Shown: positions 35,803 through 44,623, numbered from the stretch's first letter. The stretch is 64,000 nt of DNA from Solirubrobacterales bacterium (GCA_025964255.1 JAOPZF010000188.1:3374-67373); one strand, 5' to 3'. Notes: generated from the sequence alone by a model not told the origin. A program made the numbers and translations.

Positions 35803-37410
35803 ATGGCCGATCACCGCGAGATCGAATTCGGCGTCTTCGTTACGCCGTCCAACCAGGAGCCCGAGGGGGTCGTCGCGCTGGCCGAGCTGGCGGAGCGGGT
35901 CGGGCTCGACATCGTCAGCTTCCAGGACCACCCTTACCAGGCGCGGTTCCTCGATACCTGGACGCTGCTCTCCTACGTCGCCGCCCGGACCAGCCGGGTC
36001 AAGTTGGCCCCGAACGTCCTCAACCTGCCGTTGCGGCCTCCCTCGGTCGTCGCCAGGTCGGTGGCGAGCCTCGACCTGCTGAGCGGCGGCCGGGTCGAGC
36101 TGGGGATCGGGTCCGGCGCGTTCTGGGACGCGATCGTGGCGATGGGAGGAACGCGGTTGACCCCTGCCCAGGCCGTCGACGCACTCGACGAGGCGATCGA
36201 GGTGATCCGAATCCTCTGGGACGTCGAGGGCCGCGGCGGCGCTCGTTTCGAGGGCGAGCACTACAGCCTGACGGGCGCCCCGCGGGGGCCGGCGCCGGCG
36301 CATCCGGTCGGCATCTGGGTCGGGGCGTACAAACCGCGGATGCTGGCACTGACCGGGCGCAAGGCGGACGGATGGCTGCCGAGCGTTCCGTATCTCGAGC
36401 GGGCCCAGCTGACCAGCGGCAACGCGGCGATCGACGAAGCCGCCCTCGCCGCGGGGAGGGACCCGGCTGCCGTCAGGCGCCTGCTGAACGTCTCCGGCTC
36501 TTTCGCGGATGGCGAACCGGGACCGCTCGACGGGCCGGTCGAGAGGTGGGTCGAGGAGCTGTCCCGACTCGCGATCGAGGAGCGGATCTCCGCCTTCATC
36601 ATCGGCGGGGACGACGCCGCCACGATCGAGCTCTTCGGCGAGGAGGTGGCGCCCGCTGTCCGCGAGCTGGTCGCCGCGGAGCGCGCCGGCACCGGGGAGG
36701 ACGCCGCCCCGCCACCGGGCGACGGTGCGTCCGGGCCGCCGCCGCCGGAGCGGAAGAGCATCGGGCCCATCTCGGTCCCGTCGGAGGCCTCCGAGTACGA
36801 GCGCCTCGGCGTGACCCCGACGCCTGACGACGGCGTGCGGCTGAGCCCGTCCCTCCCCTGGGATGAGTCGACGCGCCCCTACCGTCAGCCGTCGCCCCCG
36901 GAGGTCACCTACACCGAGCGGGGTCGTCAGGTGGGCCGGCACCTGATCGACGTCCACGACGGGCTGCGCAGCGAGCTGACCGAGCTGCGCGAGGTGGTCG
37001 AGCAGGTCAAGGAGGGGGCGCGCAGCGCCGGCGAAGCCCGCGCGGCCCTGAACGAGATGGCGCTGCGGCAGAACGACTGGACGCTCGGCGCCTTCTGCAG
37101 CCGCTATTGCCGCGCGGTCGCCCAGCATCACGGGCTCGAGGACGAGGCGATCTTCCCCCACCTGCGCCGCGCCGAATCCGAGTTGGAGCCCGTCATCGAC
37201 CGCCTCACCGAGGAGCACCTCGTCATCCACGACGGGATCGAGGCCGTCGACCGCGCCCTCGTCGACCACATGAGCAATCCGACTGATTTCGACCGCCTTC
37301 AGGCCGCGATCGACATGCTCACCGACACCCTGCTCTCGCATCTCTCCTATGAGGAGGTCGAGCTGGTCGAGCCCCTCGCCAGGCTCGGCTTCTACCCAAA
37401 CCAGGTCTGA
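35803..37410 (+). CDS. LLM-class (luciferase-like) flavin/F420-dependent oxidoreductase fused to a C-terminal hemerythrin-like domain
   Basis: LLM N-terminus (FGVFVTP...FQDHPYQ...GRVELGIGSG). Pro-rich linker. Hemerythrin-like HLIDVHDGLRSEL...HHGLEDEAIFPHL...EEHLVIH. Confidence 0.7.
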   Translation: MADHREIEFGVFVTPSNQEPEGVVALAELAERVGLDIVSFQDHPYQARFLDTWTLLSYVAARTSRVKLAPNVLNLPLRPPSVVARSVASLDLLSGGRVELGIGSGAFWDAIVAMGGTRLTPAQAVDALDEAIEVIRILWDVEGRGGARFEGEHYSLTGAPRGPAPAHPVGIWVGAYKPRMLALTGRKADGWLPSVPYLERAQLTSGNAAIDEAALAAGRDPAAVRRLLNVSGSFADGEPGPLDGPVERWVEELSRLAIEERISAFIIGGDDAATIELFGEEVAPAVRELVAAERAGTGEDAAPPPGDGASGPPPPERKSIGPISVPSEASEYERLGVTPTPDDGVRLSPSLPWDESTRPYRQPSPPEVTYTERGRQVGRHLIDVHDGLRSELTELREVVEQVKEGARSAGEARAALNEMALRQNDWTLGAFCSRYCRAVAQHHGLEDEAIFPHLRRAESELEPVIDRLTEEHLVIHDGIEAVDRALVDHMSNPTDFDRLQAAIDMLTDTLLSHLSYEEVELVEPLARLGFYPNQV

Positions 37411-37452
37411 GATCGACCGCGCACGACGAGCATCTGTCGAGTGCGCATTCCT

Positions 37453-37496
37453 GGTCTACGAAACCGAAGGTCGTTGGCTCAAATCCAATCGGGCGG
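37453..37496 (+). repeat. diverged direct repeat E of a tRNA-Arg(ACG) 3' half (probable ancestral chromosomal 3' half)
   Basis: ggtctacgaaaccgaaggtcgttggctcaaatccaatcgggcgg. About 7 substitutions versus the intact tRNA. T-stem changes are compensatory (ACTGG/CCAGT to GTTGG/CCAAT). Confidence 0.75.
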
Positions 37497-37504
37497 GGTC
37501 GTCG

Positions 37505-38482
37505 TCAGCCCTCCCGCAAGGCCTGCGCCTGCACCGCGTCCATCGTCTCCATGATCGTGATCGACTCATCCAGGGGCATCAGTGGGCTTTCGAGGTCGCC
37601 GGCGGCCAGGCGGCGGGCGACCTCGTCGGCTTGGTGGCGTAGGCCGCGGCCTGCGTGGGTCGATTCGATCCGGGTCGGTTGGCCTTCTCTGGGCAGGAGG
37701 GTGACCGTCGAGGGGGCGTAGAAGTCGCCGTCGATCTCGATCCTGGCATCGGTGCCGACGATCGAGGCGCGGGTCGGGCTCTTGGCGCGAAGGGTGCAGG
37801 TGAGTACCGCCTGCGCACCGCTCTCGTAGCCGAACACCATCGACGTCTGCGCGTCGACGCCGGTGAACGCCGGGTCGCTGACCGCGGCGATCCGGTCCGG
37901 GGTGCCGAGGAGCATCGACGCGAACGAGACCGGGTAGATCCCGAGGTCCAGCAGGGCTCCGCCGCCGAGCACGGGGGCGAAGAGGCGGAATTTGGGGTCC
38001 TCGGCGAACCACTGTCCGTGGTCGGCGGTGACGGTCACGATCTCACCGAGCGCCCCCTCCGCCAACCAGTCGCGGATCAAGGCGATGTGAGGGAGGAACC
38101 GCGTCCACATCGCCTCCATCGCGAACAGCTTCTCCTCCCGCGCGACCGCGACGATCTCGGCCGCCTCGGCCGCGTTCATCGCGAACGGCTTCTCGACCAG
38201 TACGGGCTTGCCGGCCCGCAGCGCCAAGATCGCGTTCTCACGATGCGACGGGTGCGGGGTCGCCACGTAGATCACGTCCACCGTGGGGTCGGCGACGAGC
38301 GACTCGTAGCTGGGATGCCGAGCCGGGATGCCGAACTCGTCGGCGAAGCGGTCGGCGGTGTCCTGGCTCCGCGACCCGACAGCCGCCACGACGCCGGAGT
38401 CGGTCAACGACAGATCCTCCGCAAAGGTGTGCGCGATCCCACCGGTCCCGAGGACCCCCCATCGCACCGGGCCGTCGTTCAT
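37505..38482 (-). CDS. Gfo/Idh/MocA family oxidoreductase
   Basis: VRWGVLGTGGIAHTF Rossmann N-terminus and EKPFAMN motif. Confidence 0.85.
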   Translation of the reverse strand: MNDGPVRWGVLGTGGIAHTFAEDLSLTDSGVVAAVGSRSQDTADRFADEFGIPARHPSYESLVADPTVDVIYVATPHPSHRENAILALRAGKPVLVEKPFAMNAAEAAEIVAVAREEKLFAMEAMWTRFLPHIALIRDWLAEGALGEIVTVTADHGQWFAEDPKFRLFAPVLGGGALLDLGIYPVSFASMLLGTPDRIAAVSDPAFTGVDAQTSMVFGYESGAQAVLTCTLRAKSPTRASIVGTDARIEIDGDFYAPSTVTLLPREGQPTRIESTHAGRGLRHQADEVARRLAAGDLESPLMPLDESITIMETMDAVQAQALREG

Positions 38483-38557
38483 CTGTGTGTCCTTTCGTCG
38501 ATCGGATCCTGCTCTTACTGCCGGTGGATCGAAACCTATGGCGAGTGCAGCTTCGCC

Positions 38558-40117
38558 TCAGAAACTCTGCTGGATGATCGTGGCGACCTTGCCGACGTCG
38601 TCGTTGGCGGCGAATGCGCCCTCGATCGAGGAGAAGACGCTGTTGGAGGCGACGATGGTGAAGGCCAGGTGGCGGCCGGACTTGGCGTCGATGTAGCCGC
38701 CCAGTGCCTTGGCGGGGAACAGGATCCGGTTGTTGAACAGATCGGGGGCGGCGAGGGTTCCGGTCTTGGCGAAGACCTTGCCGGTGGCGGGGCCTCCCGG
38801 TTGTACGAGCGCCAGCGATCCGTCGACGCCCATGATCGGCAGCGTCGAGCGCCAGGCGCCGGCATCGGGGCGCTTCGCCATGATCGTCTCCAGTTCGACC
38901 TGGTTGTCGGCGGTGATCAGGTTCCCGGGCAGGCCGGAGCCGTCGATGAATATCGCGCTCTTGGTGTTGAGCCCCGCCTTGCGCCAGATCTTCGCCTCCT
39001 CCGGCAACCCGTCTTCGCATTTCCGGCTTCCGGCCGCGACCGCCAGGAGGCAGACCATCGTCTGCGCGCCGCGGTTGTAGCTGACCTTCAGCACGTAGGT
39101 CGCTTCCTGCTGCAAGGACAGTGACTTCAGGCGGGCGACGGTCGGCAGGCCGGCCACGGTGGCCCTCGACGGGAGGCTCGCTTCGGGATTGGGCGCGGTC
39201 GCGTCCGCAGCCACCTTCACACCGGCGCGGCGCAATGCTTCGATGAAGGCGGTCCGGGCGTACCTGGCCGGATCTTCGAAGGCGTACGTGTTCACGTTGG
39301 GACCGTTGTCGGCGGCGATCGTCCCCGACAGCACGGCCTTCCCGTGGGACGGCGACGTCACTTTGATCTTCGTCGCGCCCCCCGCGGCGACCGTCTTCAC
39401 CTGGCTGGTGACGGTCCACGGTGCGACCTTGGGCCGCATCGCGATCGAGGCCACCTTGCCGACCTTGCCCGGGGTGGTGGTGAAGTCGATCAGGTTGTTG
39501 TTGATGATGATCGGCGTCACCGGCCCGTTGCTGAGCTGGAAGGTCTTGAAGAGGCGGTCGTCGACGATCACGTTGCCGGCGACGGAGCGGATGCCCGAGG
39601 CCCTGACCTGTTCAGCGAGTTCGTTGAGCCCGGTCAGCGGGTTCTCGGGAGTCAGCGTCGCGCCAGGGAGGTCGTTGGCATCGTTGTGGTCGAGGTTGGT
39701 GAAGTCGACCTTGCCGTCGGGTTTCGTGCGACCCCCCATCGTCAGGTCGCCCTCGCCGACCAAAGTCAGATCGCCCTTCAGTTCCCCATTCACCACCTTG
39801 CCCTGCCGCTTGACCGGCGTCACGATCTGGCGGTTGGGACCGAAGTTCAGCCAGCCGGCGCCCATGCTGTACGTCTTCACGACCGAGCCGGGTTCGACCA
39901 GCGAGTCGGCGTTCAGCGAGACCAGCTGCTGCCCCGTTTCGATGTCGCGGACCGAGATGAACCATTGGCCGTTCGCGTACGGAGCCTGGTTCATCACCGC
40001 GAGCGCCGCGGCGGGGAGGCCCGGAACCGGCCCCGTGGTTGCCGACGCGGATGCTGCCGGTACGAGACAGGTGGCGAGGCAGAGCGCCAAGGCGAGGCGC
40101 CGGAGGGTGCGTTTCAT
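38558..40117 (-). CDS. dacB: D-alanyl-D-alanine carboxypeptidase/endopeptidase (PBP4, peptidase S13)
   Basis: Signal peptide MKRTLRRLALALCLATCLV. SxxK (GSVVKT). IDGSGL and KTGTL motifs. Confidence 0.85.
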   Translation of the reverse strand: MKRTLRRLALALCLATCLVPAASASATTGPVPGLPAAALAVMNQAPYANGQWFISVRDIETGQQLVSLNADSLVEPGSVVKTYSMGAGWLNFGPNRQIVTPVKRQGKVVNGELKGDLTLVGEGDLTMGGRTKPDGKVDFTNLDHNDANDLPGATLTPENPLTGLNELAEQVRASGIRSVAGNVIVDDRLFKTFQLSNGPVTPIIINNNLIDFTTTPGKVGKVASIAMRPKVAPWTVTSQVKTVAAGGATKIKVTSPSHGKAVLSGTIAADNGPNVNTYAFEDPARYARTAFIEALRRAGVKVAADATAPNPEASLPSRATVAGLPTVARLKSLSLQQEATYVLKVSYNRGAQTMVCLLAVAAGSRKCEDGLPEEAKIWRKAGLNTKSAIFIDGSGLPGNLITADNQVELETIMAKRPDAGAWRSTLPIMGVDGSLALVQPGGPATGKVFAKTGTLAAPDLFNNRILFPAKALGGYIDAKSGRHLAFTIVASNSVFSSIEGAFAANDDVGKVATIIQQSF

Positions 40118-40234
40118 GACGGGCGACCTCGTCTTTCTTGGGGTGTCCGGTCCACAACGATCGGGCGATCCCGCACCGGTTGGCGCCGATGATAAGGGTT
40201 CCCGTTCGATCGCCCGCGCCTGTAGGTTCGGCCG

Positions 40235-41481
40235 ATGCGATTGAGAAGACTCTCCTATCTGATCATTTCCCTGTGCGCCGTGGCGGCTCTGGCGGCCGGG
40301 TCCGCCACTGCCGAGACCGGCTTCGGCCCCGGCACGGGAATCGAACCGGGGACGTCTTTCACGCCTCTCGCCGCGTCGACGATGACCACGCCGACCGCGG
40401 TGCTCGGGACCGACGGGAAGCAGCACATCGCCTACGAGCTGCTCCTCACCAACGCGACCGCCGCGGCGCCAAGGTCGAAAAGCTCGAAGTGCGCGCCCCG
40501 GGGGTGACGAAGCCGCTGGCAAAGATCGGAGGCTCCCAGCTGATCGCCGACATGACGCGACTCGGCGGACTGCCCGAAGGCGCGCCACCGGCCGAAGCGA
40601 CGACGATCCCCGCGGGCTCGGTCGGCGTCGTCTGGCTCGATGTCACGCTGCCCGCGACGGAAGCCGTGCCGAGCAAGCTCGAGCATCGCGTCACCGCCAC
40701 CCTTCTCGTCCCCAAACCGTTCCACTTCACCGCCGACCTCGACTCGGTCAAGAGCGGGACGCGCGCACCGCTCGTGCTCGGCCCGCCGCTGCGCTCCGGC
40801 ACCTGGGTCGCCGACGAGGGTTGCTGCTCGGAGCCGACCCATCACCGCCGCGGGCTCGCCCCGATCGACGGCAGGCTCCTGGTACCTCAGCGCTTCGCGA
40901 TCGACTGGGCGATGGTCGACTCTCACCACCGGGCCTGGGTCGGTGACCCCAGCAAGCTGAGCAGCTACTTCGGCTTCGGTCAGCCCGAGATCGCCGCCGC
41001 CCCCGGGACCGTCGTCAGCGCGGTCGACGGGATCGCCGAGAACCAGCCTCAAGGCCCACTGACCGAACTCCCACCGATCCAGAACACGGTCGGCAACCAC
41101 GTGATCCTCAAGGTCGCGCCGGGCCGCTTCCTTCTCTACGGGCATATGAAGACGGGCTCGGTCCGGGTCAAGGTGGGGCAGAAGGTGCGCGAGGGCCAAC
41201 TGCTCGGCCAAGTCGGAAACACCGGCAACTCGAGTACCCCGCACCTTCACTTTCAGGTGCTCACGGAGCCGACCTTCTTCCCCTCCGACAGCGTCCCCTT
41301 CACCTTCGCCCACTTCTCGCTGCTGGGACAGGTGACCGACCCGTTCACCGACGAAACGCTGGCCTTGCAGCCGACTGGAACGATCCCGATCGCACCGTCC
41401 AAGGCAGGCGGGCGCTCCCGTCGAGCGGAGATGCCTCTCGACCTGAACGTCATCCGCTTCCAATCCCAAAAGGGAGGATGA
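40235..41481 (+). pseudogene. M23 family metallopeptidase with an apparent single-nt frameshift near 40464..40470
   Basis: Signal peptide and N-domain (to ...YELLLTNATAAA) are in one frame. The continuation AKVEKLEVRAPG... with the catalytic GNHVIL...GNTGNSSTPHLHFQV is in another frame. The upstream extension of the second frame is Arg-rich junk. Confidence 0.55.
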
Positions 41482-41508
41482 CCGAAGGAGCCTGCGAGGC
41501 TTCACGGC

Positions 41509-43320
41509 GTGACCGCCTCGCCGATCGACGCCTACCTCGCGCGGCTGCACCAGGACTGGCTCCCGGACAACTCCGGGGCGGTCGCAGATTACATCCCGCC
41601 GCTCGCGCTCGCCGATCCGAATTCGTTCGGGATCGCGGTCACTACTACCGAGGGGCATAGCTATGAGGTTGGGGACTCGCGGGTCAGCTTCACGATCCAG
41701 TCGATGTCGAAGCCATTTACTTATGGGCTGGCGTTGCAGGACCGGGGGTTCGAGGCGGTAGATGGGAAGGTCGGGGTAGAGCCGAGCGGGGAGGCGTTCA
41801 ACTCGATCAGCCTCGCGCCGGGGAGCGGGCGGCCGCTCAATCCGATGATCAACGCCGGGGCTATCACCTCGACCTCGCTGGTCGCGGGCAGCTCGGCGGC
41901 GGAGCGGGAGGGGCGGGTCGTCGACTTCTATGGGCGCTTCGCGGGACGGTCGCTCGAGGTCGACATGGAGGTCTACGAATCGGAGCGGGACACCGGGCAC
42001 CGCAACCGCGCGATCGGGCACATGCTGCGCGCCTTCGGGGTGCTCGAGGACGATCCGGACGAGGCTCTCGATCTCTACTTCCGACAGTGCTCGGTGAGCG
42101 TCACCTGTCGCGACCTCAGCCTGATGGCGGGGACGCTCGCCAATGGTGGGGTCAATCCGCTGACCGGTGACCGGGTTCTGGAGCGCGACTTGGTCGACCG
42201 GGTGCTGAGCGTGATGACGACCTGCGGGATGTACGACTCGGCGGGGGAGTGGGTTGTCGACGTGGGGATGCCGGCGAAGAGCGGGGTCGGCGGAGGAGTG
42301 CTCGCGGTGCTGCCGGGCCAGCTCGGGATCGCCGTCTTCTCGCCGCCGCTCGATCCCCACGGCAACAGCGTCCGCGGGGTCGAGGTCTGCCGCCAGATCT
42401 CCACCGACCTCAACCTCAACCTCCTCCACGTCGCCCGTTCCTCGCGCTCGGCAGTGCGCCGCACCTACACCGTCGCCGCGGTCCCCTCGCGCCGCCGCCG
42501 GCCCGAGGCCCAGATCGCGGCGCTCGCCGAGGTCGGCGCCCGCTGCGTGGTTCAGATCCTCCACGGCGACCTCGTCTTCGCGGCGATGGAGAGCGTCGTC
42601 CGCGGGGTCGTCGAACGCGCCGCCGGGGTCGACATCGAGGTGCTCGACCTGACCGAGGTGACCGAGGTCGACCTCGGCGCCGGCCGCCTCCTCGTCGGCC
42701 TCGCCGAGGCGATGGCGGCGGAGGGGAGGGCGCTGGCGATCGTCGTCCCCGCGGACGCCGACCTGCTCGACGGCCTGAGCACCGAGGGCCTCGAGGTCTT
42801 CCCCGATCTCGACCGGGCGACGGAGTGGTGCGAGGAGCGCCTGCTCGCCGCCCACGGTCCGGCGTCCGCGCCGCAGCCGCGGATCGGCCTCGCCGAGCAC
42901 CGGCTGGCGCGCGGCCTCGACCCGGCTCAGCTGGCGGCGCTCGAGGAGGCAGTCGTACCGCTCCGCTTCGAGGAGGGCGAGCGGATCTTCGCCGTCGGCG
43001 ACCCGGCCGACGCGGCCTTCCTGCTCGAGGGGGAAGTCACCCTGGAGCTGGAGATCGGGAGCGCCCGCCGCCGCCTCTCCACGCTCACCCCCGGTTTCTC
43101 CTTCGGCGAGTTCGCCTTCGCCGACGCCTCCGCCCGCCCGGTCAGCGTCCGCGCCGAGACGGCCGGCGAGTGCCTCGTCCTCAGCCTCGACGCCTTCGAG
43201 CGGATCGGCGAGCAGACCCCCGCCCTCCAGGCAGCCCTCCTCCGCAACCTCCTCGCCGGCTACTACGAGATCATCGGCCGGACGACGCGCGAGGTCGGCT
43301 CCCTACTCGGCGGCCGCTGA
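41509..43320 (+). CDS. glsA: glutaminase A fused to STAS-like and cyclic-nucleotide-binding-like C-terminal domains
   Basis: Glutaminase motifs FTIQSMSKPFTY, NPMINAGAI and GMPAKSGVGGG. C-terminus with FGEFAF..RPVSVRA cNMP-binding-like signature. Confidence 0.8.
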   Translation: MTASPIDAYLARLHQDWLPDNSGAVADYIPPLALADPNSFGIAVTTTEGHSYEVGDSRVSFTIQSMSKPFTYGLALQDRGFEAVDGKVGVEPSGEAFNSISLAPGSGRPLNPMINAGAITSTSLVAGSSAAEREGRVVDFYGRFAGRSLEVDMEVYESERDTGHRNRAIGHMLRAFGVLEDDPDEALDLYFRQCSVSVTCRDLSLMAGTLANGGVNPLTGDRVLERDLVDRVLSVMTTCGMYDSAGEWVVDVGMPAKSGVGGGVLAVLPGQLGIAVFSPPLDPHGNSVRGVEVCRQISTDLNLNLLHVARSSRSAVRRTYTVAAVPSRRRRPEAQIAALAEVGARCVVQILHGDLVFAAMESVVRGVVERAAGVDIEVLDLTEVTEVDLGAGRLLVGLAEAMAAEGRALAIVVPADADLLDGLSTEGLEVFPDLDRATEWCEERLLAAHGPASAPQPRIGLAEHRLARGLDPAQLAALEEAVVPLRFEEGERIFAVGDPADAAFLLEGEVTLELEIGSARRRLSTLTPGFSFGEFAFADASARPVSVRAETAGECLVLSLDAFERIGEQTPALQAALLRNLLAGYYEIIGRTTREVGSLLGGR

Positions 43321-43350
43321 CCCGCGGGACACGCCCTCCGTCCCATCTAC

Positions 43351-43743
43351 TCAAAGTTCCGCAGGCGTCACCACGAAGCCCAGTCGATCGGTCCCGCGTT
43401 GCAGTCGGGTGTCCAGCGTGACCAGGCGGCAGTCGAGAAGTTTGGCGAGAGCGACGTACTCGGCGTCATAAGTTCGGCCCCAACCGAATTCCTCGGCGAG
43501 TCGCCAGGCTTCTCGACCCAGCTCCGGTGGTTCGACTCGGTCAACCGGGCAGTTCTCGAGGCGGTTGTGGATGATCTCGCCGTCGTCTCGCCCGATTTCG
43601 CCTTTCAAGAGCGCAAGATGCAGGCTCGCTCGCGCCTCGGACCACATCAATGGGACGCTGACGAGTTCATCGCCGAGCACCGCGAAGCCGTCACCTTCTC
43701 CGCCGCACGCCGCTCTAGCGACGTTGGCGTCGATGACGAGCAT
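43351..43743 (-). CDS. PIN-domain toxin (VapC-like)
   Basis: MLVIDANV... N-terminal acidic motif, plus later DAEYVALA and TLD motifs. ATG overlaps the upstream TAA (TAATG). Confidence 0.75.
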   Translation of the reverse strand: MLVIDANVARAACGGEGDGFAVLGDELVSVPLMWSEARASLHLALLKGEIGRDDGEIIHNRLENCPVDRVEPPELGREAWRLAEEFGWGRTYDAEYVALAKLLDCRLVTLDTRLQRGTDRLGFVVTPAEL

Positions 43744-43949
43744 TAACGACCTCGCCGAGCCTCGTCGAGTGCGGCGACCCAGTTGGGTGCAGGGGCTCCG
43801 GAGGGCAGGTGCCGCCAAGACTCGGGCAACTCGGCCATCTCGGGCTCGGCCCGTTCTTCGTGCCGGACCTCCAGTTGCTTGACGACGTCGGCGAGTTCGG
43901 CGTCTGGCAACTCATCGAGGAGCGCGTGGGCTTTCTCCCGGGTGGTCAT
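43743..43949 (-). CDS. antitoxin (DUF2281-like N-terminus) of the PIN toxin
   Basis: 68 aa, MTTREKAHALLDELPDAELADVVKQLE.... Has a 1-nt overlap with the toxin start. Confidence 0.6.
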   Translation of the reverse strand: MTTREKAHALLDELPDAELADVVKQLEVRHEERAEPEMAELPESWRHLPSGAPAPNWVAALDEARRGR

Positions 43950-44040
43950 CACCACAAATTCTACCTGGCAGATTTTGTGGGGCAGAATTTCCCGGACCAA
44001 ATATCTGATCCGCATTTCGTTGCGGGCGAGGCGGCCCCGA

Positions 44041-44072
44041 AAAGACGAAAGCCCCGCGGATGCGGGGCTTTC
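44041..44072 (-). terminator. rho-independent terminator of the cold-shock gene
   Basis: gaaagccccgc-ggat-gcggggctttc hairpin (44047..44072), followed on the minus strand by GTCTTTTCGG. Confidence 0.75.
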
Positions 44073-44112
44073 GTTACAGCGCAGAGGCCCCGCGAGGGGC
44101 TTCCGTGACGAC

Positions 44113-44316
44113 TCAGATCGTCTGGACGTTGACCGCTTTCGGGCCTTTGTCGCCAGGCTCAGAGTCGTAAGAGACTTTGGCGCCTTCTTCGAGGGACTTG
44201 AAACCCTCGCCGCTGATGTCACTGTGATGGACGAAGAGGTCCTTGCCAGCGTCGTCGGGAGTGACGAAGCCGTAGCCCTTGTCGTCGTTGAACCACTTAA
44301 CGGTTCCAGTTGCCAT
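44113..44316 (-). CDS. cspA: cold-shock protein (CspA family)
   Basis: [18 protein letters not shown]...DLFVHHS RNP1/RNP2 motifs. 67 aa. Confidence 0.95.
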   Translation of the reverse strand: MATGTVKWFNDDKGYGFVTPDDAGKDLFVHHSDISGEGFKSLEEGAKVSYDSEPGDKGPKAVNVQTI

Positions 44317-44623
44317 TTGTTGTACCTCCGGTTTGTGCGTGCTGCGAACGCGGAGGATGCCGTTGAGCAACGACCTACGGGCGCGGGCACATCTTTTTCG
44401 GCCGAGATTCCGACCTGTTCACGATGGAGGCTAACAGCAGAGCGCCTGCGAGCGGGGTTCAGCAGCGCATCGCCGGCGGGAAACCGCCGTCGTAGACCAT
44501 CCGGCCAGCCGCTTGTCGACGCGCTCGAAGTCGTCCCGGCGGCGGTCATACTCCGTCGTTCCCAAAGGAATCCACGTGGGATAGATCCCGGCGGTCCGTC
44601 CGTCATCCAGCAGAGGAGAACAG

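Larger units (their letters stand above)
32370..37496. mobile_element. islet 4 between repeats D and E (SDR plus signalling cassette)
   Basis: Flanked by repeat D and the diverged repeat E. Confidence 0.45.

Noticed and set aside
35695-37341. 548-aa minus-strand ORF, and the 496-aa plus-strand ORF at 35337..36827.
   Set aside because: They are an antisense frame and an alternative frame of the XRE-MEDS and LLM-hemerythrin genes. No motifs are present.
18339-37496. Search for integrase, recombinase or transposase genes and IS inverted repeats in or beside the four islets.
   Set aside because: I recognised none by eye (no R..HxxR..Y tyrosine-recombinase pattern, no serine-recombinase N-terminus, no DDE signature). 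Absence cannot be proven without an HMM search, so it is reported only as not seen.
40432-42900. 822-aa minus-strand ORF.
   Set aside because: It is antisense to the M23 peptidase and glutaminase genes. It has no motifs and a junk-like composition.
44317-44623. The 306-nt region upstream of cspA, considered as a structured regulatory RNA or small gene.
   Set aside because: Long 5' UTRs are normal for cspA-family genes. I could not identify a specific conserved motif (cold box) or a credible ORF by eye.
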